From Novosphingobium sp. (GTDB lineage: Bacteria; Pseudomonadota; Alphaproteobacteria; Sphingomonadales; Sphingomonadaceae): a stretch of 64,000 bases of DNA. This document shows positions 18,809 through 27,616 of the stretch, piece by piece (position 1 is the stretch's first letter; each line of letters begins with the position of its first letter). The notes under the pieces were generated by a model that saw only the letters and a list, made by a program, of their open reading frames with translations, had not been told where the DNA came from and did no database searches. The position numbers and the translations under genes are program-made. The DNA lies in contig NZ_JADZAT010000001.1 of NCBI RefSeq assembly GCF_020852455.1, positions 78,476-142,475 of the forward strand. The letters are read 5' to 3'.

Positions 18809-19906
18809 ATGACTGAACAGACGAAGATCCCGGTGCCGCAGGAAGGCGAGGACAAGCCCCAGGGGCCGACCCTGATCGAGCGCGTTGTGCGCAATTACGA
18901 TCTGGTCAAGCTGGCTCCGGCGCCGATCCCGGCTGATCTGGTGCCGCCGCCGTCAAAGCGCCGCCGCTATCGCCGTGCCGATGAAGTGGTTGAAGAAGCC
19001 GAAGTGGCTCCGGTGGTTGAACCGGTGCGCGAGGCTGCTCGGGCTCCCGCTCCGGCGCCTGCCGCTCAGGCCACGGCCCCGGAAGTGGTCGAGCCCGAAG
19101 TGATCGCGCCCGTGCCGGCTCCGGTTGTGGCCAAGCCGCCGGTTCCGGCGGTGAAAGCCGTTCAGTTCAAGGGCAAGCGTCTGCCGGTCAATCGCCAGCA
19201 TTTGCGCGATCAGGGCCTGATCGTGCCCGAAGGCGCGGTGAGCGCGGTGCTGGAAGAATTCCGCATCGTGAAGCGGCAGCTGCTCTACAATGCCGGCCAG
19301 CTGGCGCAGCAGGGCATGGGCATGGCCGCTCAGCGGGTGCTGATCTGTTCGCCGCATCCCAGCGAAGGCAAGAGCTTCACCGCCGTCAACCTGGCGCTGG
19401 CGATCGCTGCCGAAAAGGAAACCGAAGTGCTGCTGGTCGATGCCGACTTTGCCAAGCCTTCGGTGCTGTCGATGCTGGGCCTGCCCGGCGGGCCGGGGTT
19501 GATGGACGCACTGTCCAACCCCGATATCGACGCGGCCGATTGCGTGATCGGCACCGATATTTCGGGTCTGTGGGTGATGCCAGCGGGCAATGCCACGGCA
19601 TCGGACAGCGAATATCTCAGCAGCTCGCGTACCCGCAGCGTGCTCGACCGCCTGGTCGAAGGCGCGCCGAACCGCTTCGTGATCTTCGATTCGCCGCCCG
19701 CACTGATGGCTTCTCCGGCTGCCGAGCTGGCGAAATATGTCGGCCAGGCGGTGCTGGTCGCACGGGCTGATCGCACCGGGCAGGGCGCGCTGGAAGACGC
19801 GGTTTCGCTGCTTTCGGGCTGTCCGAACATCCAATTGCTGCTGAACGCAGTTCACTTCAGCCCAAGCGGTCGCCGCTTTGGCTCCTACTATGGTTACGGA
19901 GGCTGA
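18809..19906 (+). CDS. XrtA-associated tyrosine autokinase (BY-kinase)
   Basis: EEFRIVKRQL, Walker A PSEGKS, LLVDAD, IFDSPP, C-terminal tyrosine cluster GSYYGYGG. Confidence 0.9.
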   Translation: MTEQTKIPVPQEGEDKPQGPTLIERVVRNYDLVKLAPAPIPADLVPPPSKRRRYRRADEVVEEAEVAPVVEPVREAARAPAPAPAAQATAPEVVEPEVIAPVPAPVVAKPPVPAVKAVQFKGKRLPVNRQHLRDQGLIVPEGAVSAVLEEFRIVKRQLLYNAGQLAQQGMGMAAQRVLICSPHPSEGKSFTAVNLALAIAAEKETEVLLVDADFAKPSVLSMLGLPGGPGLMDALSNPDIDAADCVIGTDISGLWVMPAGNATASDSEYLSSSRTRSVLDRLVEGAPNRFVIFDSPPALMASPAAELAKYVGQAVLVARADRTGQGALEDAVSLLSGCPNIQLLLNAVHFSPSGRRFGSYYGYGG

Positions 19907-19908
19907 CC

Positions 19909-21657
19909 ATGAAGTCGCACCTCTTCTTGCAGGTCACTGCACTGGCTGCCGGAATGGTTCTGGCCGTGCCCGGCGTGGCCCATGCGCAATTGTTGCCCTA
20001 TGCCGACGTATCCGGCTCGGTCGGGGGCAGCGGCGATGATGCCGCAGCCGATGGCGAAAGCGGTGATGACGCCGTTTCGGACGTCGGCGGCTATTCCCCG
20101 CGATCGAAGAAGTTCCACGTTACGCCCTATATCGAAGCACAGCAGGTGGTTACCGCCGAGCTTTCGCCGGGCAGTGAGACGCTGACCTACTCGACCCTGG
20201 CGGTGGGTGCCGACGCCAATCTCAGCGGCCGCAATTACGACGCCGGCATGGCGATGCGCTATGAGCGCCGCTTTGGCTGGGGCAGCAACAAGGTGCCCGA
20301 CAGCGATGTGATCAGCGGCATGGCCCGCGCCAGCGTGGGGATCGTGCCCAAGGCGGTGTTTATCGAAGGCGGGGCCATGGCCGCGCGGATGAGCGCGGAA
20401 AACAACGGTTCGACCGTTGCCGGTCAGGAATTCGGCGACAGCGCCACGCAGGTCTATGCCGCCTATATCGGCCCTTCGGTGAAGACCCGGGCCGGTGATG
20501 TCGAAATCGAAGGCCATTATCGCTTTGGCTACAACAAGGTCACGTCGCCCAATGCGGTGGCGGTTGCACCGGGCCAGAACCCGGTCGACGTTTATGACGA
20601 AGGCAAGGTCCACGCGGCGCAGCTGCATGTCGGCACCCGGCCTGGCGAGCCGCTGCCGATCGGGATCGGCGTTGGCGCGGGCTGGATGCGTGAAGACGTC
20701 AACAACCTTGACCAGCGGGTCGATGACAAGAACGTGCGCGGCGATGTGATCCTGCCGATCGGCGGCGATCTCGCGCTGGTGGGCGGGGTCGGCTATGAAA
20801 AGGTCGAAGTCTCGCACCGCGACGCGGTGAAGGACACCGTGACCGGGCTTCCGGTGCTCGACGCCAGTGGCCGTTATGTCACCGACAAGAGCCAGGCGCG
20901 TCAGCTTGCCTATGAAAGCGAAGGGCTGATCTGGGATGCCGGGGTGATGTGGCGGCCCAGCAAGCGCACCGCGCTGGAGGCCCATGTCGGCCGCCGGTAT
21001 GGTTCGACCACCTATTTCGGCAGCTTCGCCTATGCGCCCAGCGCGCGCAGCAGCCTCAACATTTCGGTCTATGACAGCGTCACCGGCTTTGGCGGGATGC
21101 TGAACAAGAGCCTGGCTTCGATGCCGACCAACTTCGAAGGCCTGCACAATCCGCTGACCGGCGGGCTGAGCACCTGCGTTGCGGCGGTTTCGCAGGCCGG
21201 CAGCAATTCGGGCACCTGCCTGAACGGCGCACTCGCTTCGGTCCGTTCGTCGGTGTTCCGCGGCCGCGGGGCGATCGCCAGCTTCAATGTTGCCGGCAAT
21301 ACCCTGCAGTACGGGATCGGCGCGGGCTATGACCGGCGCAGGTTCATCTCCGTGCCGGGTACGGTGCTGGCGTCGGCCAATCTCCTGATCGACGAGAACT
21401 ACTGGGTCGCGGCCTATCTCAACGGCCGGATCGACCGCAATTCCAGCTTTGGCACCAACATCTGGGCCAACTGGTACCAAAGCGGAGACGCCTTGGCTGG
21501 CGATACCAGCTCGCTTGGGGCATCGGCTGCTTATTATCGCACGATCGCACGCAACCTCTCCGCCACGCTGGCCGTGGGCGTCAACGGGGTGAACCGCGAT
21601 CAGCTTGAGGACATCTGGTCGGCATCGGCGTTGGCCGGGGTCCGCTATTCGTTCTGA
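19909..21657 (+). CDS. PEP-CTERM system-associated outer-membrane beta-barrel protein (TIGR03016-like)
   Basis: Signal peptide, beta-strand-rich body, terminal GVRYSF; canonical position between the kinase and the ATPase. Confidence 0.78.
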   Translation: MKSHLFLQVTALAAGMVLAVPGVAHAQLLPYADVSGSVGGSGDDAAADGESGDDAVSDVGGYSPRSKKFHVTPYIEAQQVVTAELSPGSETLTYSTLAVGADANLSGRNYDAGMAMRYERRFGWGSNKVPDSDVISGMARASVGIVPKAVFIEGGAMAARMSAENNGSTVAGQEFGDSATQVYAAYIGPSVKTRAGDVEIEGHYRFGYNKVTSPNAVAVAPGQNPVDVYDEGKVHAAQLHVGTRPGEPLPIGIGVGAGWMREDVNNLDQRVDDKNVRGDVILPIGGDLALVGGVGYEKVEVSHRDAVKDTVTGLPVLDASGRYVTDKSQARQLAYESEGLIWDAGVMWRPSKRTALEAHVGRRYGSTTYFGSFAYAPSARSSLNISVYDSVTGFGGMLNKSLASMPTNFEGLHNPLTGGLSTCVAAVSQAGSNSGTCLNGALASVRSSVFRGRGAIASFNVAGNTLQYGIGAGYDRRRFISVPGTVLASANLLIDENYWVAAYLNGRIDRNSSFGTNIWANWYQSGDALAGDTSSLGASAAYYRTIARNLSATLAVGVNGVNRDQLEDIWSASALAGVRYSF

Positions 21658-21682
21658 GCCTGGATTTTTGGGGGTTATCGCA

Positions 21683-22858
21683 ATGTTCAACGACTTCTAC
21701 GGGCTCACCGGACGGCCGTTCCAGCTTACGCCGGATCCGACCTTCTATTTCGAGAGCCTGACGCACCGCAAGGCGCTGTCCTATTTGTCCTACGGCCTGG
21801 CCCAGGGCGAGGGTTTCGTGGTGATCACGGGCGAGGTTGGCGCGGGTAAGTCCACGCTGGTCGCGCACCTGATGGCGACGATCGATCCCGCCCGCCTGAC
21901 TGCGGCGCAGATCGTCACCAGCAAGCTTGACGGTGAGGAACTGGTGCATGTGGTGGCGCAGGCCTTTGGCCTGATCGTCGATGGCCACGACAAGGCCAGC
22001 GCACTCGGCGCGATCGAGGCCTTCCTGCATGACGAGGCCCGCGCGGGCCGCCGCTGCCTGCTGGTGGTCGATGAAAGCCAGAACCTGGCGCTCGAGGCGC
22101 TGGAAGAGCTGCGCATGCTCTCCAACTTCCAGCTGGGCGCGCATCCGCTGCTGCAGACGCTGCTGCTGGGCCAGCCTGAATTCCGCGATACGATCCAGGA
22201 TCACCCGCAGCTTGAACAGCTGCGCCAGCGCGTGATCGCCGCCCACCACCTTGAGGCGATGGAGCTGAGCGAAGTTCAGCCCTATATCGAACATCGCCTG
22301 AAATGCGTGGGCTGGACCGGCAATCCCAAGTTCGATCAGCGCGTCTTCACCGAGCTGTACGAAGCTTCGGGCGGGGTGCCGCGCCGGATCAACCAGATCT
22401 GCAACCGGCTGATGATGCTGGGTGCGGTCGAGCAGCGCAGCCGGATCGACGGGGCAATGCTCAGCCAGGTGCTCGAAGAGCTGGAGCTTGATGGCACCAT
22501 GCAGCTCAACAAGCCGTCGCGCGCACAGCCGGTGGCCGCACCGGCTGAACCGGTTGCCGCCGCTGCGGCCCAGCCGCCGGTCGATGCAGTGGCCCTGGCG
22601 CAGCTTCAGGCCATGCTGGCCGAACGCGACGCCCAGATCGCCGAACTGCAACAGGCCGTTATCGAACTGGCCAACGAGCAGGAGGCCAGCCCGGCCGCCG
22701 CCGCCGATCCGGCGCTGGCCGCCGCGATCAGCGCGCTTGAAGGCAAGGTCGCCGGGTTCGAGGCCAAGATGCTAGAGCAAGAGCGCACGATCCGTCACAC
22801 CCTGACCATGCTGATCGAGTGGATCGAAGCCGACGACGCCAGCCGCGCTGCGGCCTGA
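21683..22858 (+). CDS. XrtA/PEP-CTERM system ATPase (ExeA/GspA-like)
   Basis: FYGLTGRPFQLTPDP, GEVGAGKS, LVVDESQ, LLGQPE, GVPRRIN, C-terminal coiled-coil. Confidence 0.92.
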   Translation: MFNDFYGLTGRPFQLTPDPTFYFESLTHRKALSYLSYGLAQGEGFVVITGEVGAGKSTLVAHLMATIDPARLTAAQIVTSKLDGEELVHVVAQAFGLIVDGHDKASALGAIEAFLHDEARAGRRCLLVVDESQNLALEALEELRMLSNFQLGAHPLLQTLLLGQPEFRDTIQDHPQLEQLRQRVIAAHHLEAMELSEVQPYIEHRLKCVGWTGNPKFDQRVFTELYEASGGVPRRINQICNRLMMLGAVEQRSRIDGAMLSQVLEELELDGTMQLNKPSRAQPVAAPAEPVAAAAAQPPVDAVALAQLQAMLAERDAQIAELQQAVIELANEQEASPAAAADPALAAAISALEGKVAGFEAKMLEQERTIRHTLTMLIEWIEADDASRAAA

Positions 22859-22880
22859 GCCAGGACGCGGAGCGGGTCGC

Positions 22881-23750
22881 ATGTCAGCTCAGATCGTCAA
22901 CGGTCTCTCGGTCGATGTCGAAGACTGGTTCCAGGTCGGCGCCTTTGAAGGCGTGATCGACCGGCAGAGCTGGGATTCGCTTGGCAGCCGGGTAGAGGAC
23001 AATTGCCTGGCAATCCTCGACATGTTCGCGCGCGCGGATGTTAAGGCCACCTTCTTCACGCTGGGCTGGGTGGCCCAGCGGCATGGCGCGCTGATGCGCC
23101 GGATCGTCGATGCCGGGCATGAGCTGGCCAGCCATGGCTGGGATCACGAACGCGTGTTCCGGTTCGACAAGCAGAGCTTCTCGGACGACCTTGAGCGCAG
23201 CCGCAAGGCGCTGGAAGATGCGTCGGGCGTGCGGATCACCGGCTATCGGGCACCCAGCTTCTCGATCGACCAGCGCACCCCCTGGGCCTACATGGCGCTG
23301 CACGAACAGGGCTTTGAATACTCCTCATCGGTCGCCCCGATCGTTCACGACCACTACGGCTGGCGCGAAGCACCGCGCTTTGCCTTCAAGCCCTTGCCGT
23401 GGAGCGACCTGGTCGAGCTGCCGGTTACCACTGCCCATTTCGCCGGACGCCGTCTAGCGGCTGGGGGCGGGGGCTTTTTCCGGGTTCTGCCCTATGGCTT
23501 TTCGCGCTGGGCGATCCGCCAGGTGAACCGCGAGGATCGCCGCCCGGCGGTGTTCTATTTCCACCCGTGGGAAATCGATCCGGACCAGCCGCGCGTTCCC
23601 AATGCGTCGATGCGGTCGCGGGTCCGGCACTATACCAACCTGTCGGTAATGGCCGAAAAGCTCGAACAGCTGGTCCGCGAATTCGCCTGGGGCCGGATGG
23701 ACCTGCTGGCCCATCGCGAGGCTTTGAACGCGGTGGAGCTGGCCGCGTGA
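22881..23750 (+). CDS. XrtA system polysaccharide deacetylase
   Basis: SVDVEDWFQ, ELASHGWDH, GYRAPSFS, FYFHPWEIDP. Confidence 0.93.
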   Translation: MSAQIVNGLSVDVEDWFQVGAFEGVIDRQSWDSLGSRVEDNCLAILDMFARADVKATFFTLGWVAQRHGALMRRIVDAGHELASHGWDHERVFRFDKQSFSDDLERSRKALEDASGVRITGYRAPSFSIDQRTPWAYMALHEQGFEYSSSVAPIVHDHYGWREAPRFAFKPLPWSDLVELPVTTAHFAGRRLAAGGGGFFRVLPYGFSRWAIRQVNREDRRPAVFYFHPWEIDPDQPRVPNASMRSRVRHYTNLSVMAEKLEQLVREFAWGRMDLLAHREALNAVELAA

Positions 23751-24823
23751 ATGCCCCGTTCAAGCCAACCCGGCTAGGCCTCAGGCTCGCAAGTGTCTCC
23801 GATCCGGATGAATTGCGCCGGATCGAAACCTATGTTGCGGCCCACCCAGATGGCACCGCCTTTCACCGTCCGGCCTGGCTGCTGGGTGCGGCAGCCGGGA
23901 CCGGCAACCGTGCGCTTGCTCTGCTGGCTGAGCGCGGAGGTGAGATTGCAGGGTATGTTCCCTTGGTCGAGGTCCATTCGCCGCTATTCGGCCGCGTGCT
24001 GGCCTCCAGTGGCTTTGGCGTTGGCGGAGGGATGCTGATTAATGACGTCCGCGACGCCGCAGCGATCTTCGCAGCGCTGGAAGAGCTGGCCCTGCGGCGC
24101 AACTGCCCGTCGATTGAGCTGCGCGGCGGAGTCTTGCCCGGCCAGCGCAAGGGTTGGACGATCAAGCAGGAATCGCACTGCGGCTTTGTCCGTCCGCTGG
24201 CTTCCGATGACGAAGCCGAATTGCTGCAGATCCCGCGCAAGCAGCGCGCCGAAGTGCGCAAGGGTCTGGCCAACGATCTGCAGGTCACAGTCGGCAGCGC
24301 GGAAAGCGATCGCAGCGCGCATTATGCGGTCTATGCCGAAAGCGTTCGCAACCTGGGCACGCCGGTGTTTCCGCGTGCGCTGTTCGATGGCGTGATGGAC
24401 CGCTTTGGCAACGATGCTGATGTGCTGACCGTCTGGCATCAGGGCAAACCGGTTTCTTCGGTGCTTTCGCTTTACCACAAGGGCGATGTCATGCCCTATT
24501 GGGGCGGGGGGACCTGGGATGCGCGGCGGCTGCGCGCGAATGACCGGATGTATTACGAACTGATGCTGCATGCGCGCAGGCGCGGCTGTGCGCGGTTCGA
24601 CTTTGGCCGGTCCAAGACCCATTCGGGTCCCTATGACTTCAAGCGCAATTGGGGGTTCGAGCCAGAGCCGCTGGCCTATGCCCAGTGGACCGCGCCGGAC
24701 GCTCCGGTGCGCGATGCCGATCCGACCAGCGCCAAACACGCCATGCTGATCGCGGCCTGGAAGCGCCTGCCGCTGCCGCTTGCCAATCTGCTGGGGCCGC
24801 ATATCGCACGGGGGCTGGGCTGA
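23747..24823 (+). CDS. FemAB-family XrtA/PEP-CTERM system-associated protein
   Basis: AFHRPAW, PRKQRAEVRKG, VRNLGTPVF, FDFGRSK, FKRNWGF. GTG 23747 overlaps the upstream stop. Confidence 0.9.
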   Translation: MNAPFKPTRLGLRLASVSDPDELRRIETYVAAHPDGTAFHRPAWLLGAAAGTGNRALALLAERGGEIAGYVPLVEVHSPLFGRVLASSGFGVGGGMLINDVRDAAAIFAALEELALRRNCPSIELRGGVLPGQRKGWTIKQESHCGFVRPLASDDEAELLQIPRKQRAEVRKGLANDLQVTVGSAESDRSAHYAVYAESVRNLGTPVFPRALFDGVMDRFGNDADVLTVWHQGKPVSSVLSLYHKGDVMPYWGGGTWDARRLRANDRMYYELMLHARRRGCARFDFGRSKTHSGPYDFKRNWGFEPEPLAYAQWTAPDAPVRDADPTSAKHAMLIAAWKRLPLPLANLLGPHIARGLG

Positions 24824-26058
24824 TGGGAGAGATCCTGTTCCTGGCCCACCGGATGCCGTTTCCGCCCAATCGCGGAGACAAGATCCGCTCGCACCACGTG
24901 CTGCGGTGCCTGGCCGGGATCGCTCCGGTACATGTCGCGACCTTTGCCGACGATGCCGCCGACCTGGCTGAGGAGGGCGAGCTGGACAAGCTGGCCGCCA
25001 GCCATTGCCTGGTGCTGCGCAGCAAGAACCTGGCTCTGGCCGGGGTTGAAGGATTGCTGCGCGGCAAGCCGGTCAGCCTGACTGCCTTTCATCACCCGGC
25101 GATTGCGGTCTATGTCCGCAAGGTGCTGGCCGAGCGGCCGATCGACACGATCTATGCGTTCTCGGGCCAGATGGGCCAGTACATCCCTGATGACTTTGCC
25201 GGACGGGTGCTGTTCGATTTCGTTGATGTCGATTCGGCCAAGTTCGAAGCCTATGCCCAGTCGGCCCGGGCACCGCGCAAATGGATCGATGCCCGCGAAG
25301 CGCGGCTGCTGACGGCGGAAGAGGCCCGGCTTGCCCGGCGCAGTGCGGTCAGCCTGCTGGTTTCGAACGAAGAGGCTGCGCTGTTTCGTGCCAGGCTGAA
25401 CCCCGAAGATCGGGCGACCTGCGATATCCGGGCCTTGCGTAACGGGATCGACAGCCGGCTGTTTGACCGCAGCCTGATGCGCCCCGCGCCGGCCATGCTG
25501 GATCGCGCGGGGCCGCGGATGATCTTCACCGGGCAGATGGACTATGCCCCCAACATCGCAGCGGCTGAGCGCGCGATCGAGCGTATCCTGCCGCTGGTGC
25601 GCGAAGCCTTCCCCGATGCCAGCTTTCACGTGGTCGGACGCAATCCACCCGAACAGTTGCTGGCCCGCCATGGCCAGAATGGCGCCTTCGTATGGGGCGG
25701 GGTTGAGGATATCCGTGAATGGCTTGCCGCCGCCGACCTGGCGCTCGTTCCGCTGGAACTGGCGCGCGGGATCCAGAACAAGGTGCTTGAAGCGATGTCG
25801 ATGGGTCTGCCGGTGGTGCTGACCCCGGCTGCGGCAACCGGCATCGGCGGAATTGACGCGCATCACTATGCCGTGGCGGACAGCGATCTGGCCCTGGCTG
25901 AGCGCGCCATTGCCCTGCTCAGCGACCATGACCATGGCTGGGCCATGGGACTGGAAGCGCGCCGCTTCGTGGTTGAAGGGATGAGCTGGCAAGCCACCCT
26001 GGCGCCGCTGGCTGCGATGCTGGGCCTGGGCGAGGCGGCGGCACGCCATGCCGCCTGA
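24823..26058 (+). CDS. GT4 glycosyltransferase, PEP-CTERM/XrtA system (TIGR03087-like)
   Basis: HRMPFPPNRGDKIRS, DFVDVDSAKF, FTGQMDYAPN, RGIQNKVLEAM. Confidence 0.92.
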   Translation: MGEILFLAHRMPFPPNRGDKIRSHHVLRCLAGIAPVHVATFADDAADLAEEGELDKLAASHCLVLRSKNLALAGVEGLLRGKPVSLTAFHHPAIAVYVRKVLAERPIDTIYAFSGQMGQYIPDDFAGRVLFDFVDVDSAKFEAYAQSARAPRKWIDAREARLLTAEEARLARRSAVSLLVSNEEAALFRARLNPEDRATCDIRALRNGIDSRLFDRSLMRPAPAMLDRAGPRMIFTGQMDYAPNIAAAERAIERILPLVREAFPDASFHVVGRNPPEQLLARHGQNGAFVWGGVEDIREWLAAADLALVPLELARGIQNKVLEAMSMGLPVVLTPAAATGIGGIDAHHYAVADSDLALAERAIALLSDHDHGWAMGLEARRFVVEGMSWQATLAPLAAMLGLGEAAARHAA

Positions 26059-27604
26059 AGCAGCTCTGGCAGCCCCGGCGGCACCGCAATCTGCCATACC
26101 GACGCATTGGCGCCGTCCCGCACTGATGCTGGGTCTGGCCTGGCTGGGACTGATTCTGGCTTTCCTGCCCGACTGGCTGACGATGTTCGACAAGTGGTGG
26201 AATGTTTCCACCTATAACCACGCCTTGCTGATTCCGGTGATCGTGGGTTGGCTGGTGTGGCAACGCGTGCCGCAACTGGCCGAACTTGAACCCAAACCAT
26301 GGCGCTGGGGCCTGCCAGTGCTGGCCGGGGCGGTGTTCCTTTGGGTGTTGGGTGCCTTTTCAGGCTTTGACCTGCTCCGTCAGGCCGGTGCCGTGGCCAT
26401 GCTGCCGGCCAGTGCCTTGCTGCTGCTGGGGCCACGGATTTTCGCCGCATTGCTGTTCCCGCTTTGCTATATGGCCTTCATGGTGCCATTCGGTGACGAA
26501 CTGGTTCCGCCACTGCAGGCGATCACCGCGGCAATCACGATCTCGCTGGTCCATGTCAGCGGCGTTTCAGCCTCGATCAACGGGGTGTTCATCGACACGC
26601 CGGCCGGACTGTTCGAAGTGGCTGAGGCCTGTTCGGGCGTAAAGTTCCTGATCGCGATGATCGCGCTGGGCACCCTGATCGGCAACGTCTGTTTCAAAAG
26701 CTGGATGCGCCGCGCGGTATTCTTCGCCTTCTGCCTGGTGGTGCCGATCCTGGCCAATGGGGTGCGTGCCTGGGGGACGATCTTTGCCGCGCAGTATGTC
26801 GGGATCGAAAAGGCGGCCGGGATCGACCACCTGATTTATGGCTGGGTATTCTTCGCAGTGGTGATCGTCGCCGTTCTGGCGGCGTCGTGGCGGTTCTTCG
26901 ATCGGGCGATCGACGATCCGATGATCGACGCCAAAGCCTTGAAGGCGATGCCTCTGCTTGATCGGCTTGAGCGGGCTGGCCTGCCCGAATGGGGCGCGCT
27001 GGCTGGCTGCGGAGCTCTGATCGCGGGCGGGATCGCCTGGGCCACTGCCGCAACGGCTTTGGTCGCACCATTGCCGAAGCAGGTTGGCCTGCCCGATGTG
27101 CCGGGATGGCAGCGGATCGACTATGCCCCGCAGGCGGCGTGGGAACCGCTGGCCGGCGGCGCCGATCATCGCCTGTTGGGGCGTTATCAGGACGCGGCCG
27201 GAAACCAGGTCGATGTATTTTATGCGCTCTATGCCTCGCAGGGCGAAGGCAAGGAGGCCGGCGGATTCGGGCAGGGGGCTCTGACCCCGGAAAGCACCTG
27301 GGCCTGGACCGGCAACGGCCCGGCCATGCCGCCGGCCAAGAGCGAGCGACTGCTTTCGGGCGGACGGATCGAACGGCTTGCGCTGACCTATTACCGGAGT
27401 GGCGACCTGCTGACCGGCAGCAACATGCGTCTGAAGCTGGCCAACATTGCCGACCGGCTGCTGCTGCGCGAACGCACCACTGCGGTGCTGATCCTGTCGG
27501 CTGAGAAGCGGCGGGACTTTGAACCGCAAGCCGAAATATCCGCGTTCCAGGCCGCGATCGGCGAACCGGGACAATGGATAGACCGCATCGCCGAAGCCCG
27601 CTAA
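26048..27604 (+). CDS. xrtA: Exosortase A with fused EpsI domain
   Basis: Multi-TM protein with catalytic Cys (VAEACSG), Arg (NGVR) and His (DHLIYGW), followed by an EpsI-like domain. Confidence 0.95.
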   Translation: MPPEAALAAPAAPQSAIPTHWRRPALMLGLAWLGLILAFLPDWLTMFDKWWNVSTYNHALLIPVIVGWLVWQRVPQLAELEPKPWRWGLPVLAGAVFLWVLGAFSGFDLLRQAGAVAMLPASALLLLGPRIFAALLFPLCYMAFMVPFGDELVPPLQAITAAITISLVHVSGVSASINGVFIDTPAGLFEVAEACSGVKFLIAMIALGTLIGNVCFKSWMRRAVFFAFCLVVPILANGVRAWGTIFAAQYVGIEKAAGIDHLIYGWVFFAVVIVAVLAASWRFFDRAIDDPMIDAKALKAMPLLDRLERAGLPEWGALAGCGALIAGGIAWATAATALVAPLPKQVGLPDVPGWQRIDYAPQAAWEPLAGGADHRLLGRYQDAAGNQVDVFYALYASQGEGKEAGGFGQGALTPESTWAWTGNGPAMPPAKSERLLSGGRIERLALTYYRSGDLLTGSNMRLKLANIADRLLLRERTTAVLILSAEKRRDFEPQAEISAFQAAIGEPGQWIDRIAEAR

Positions 27605-27616
27605 GGCCCGGTAACC

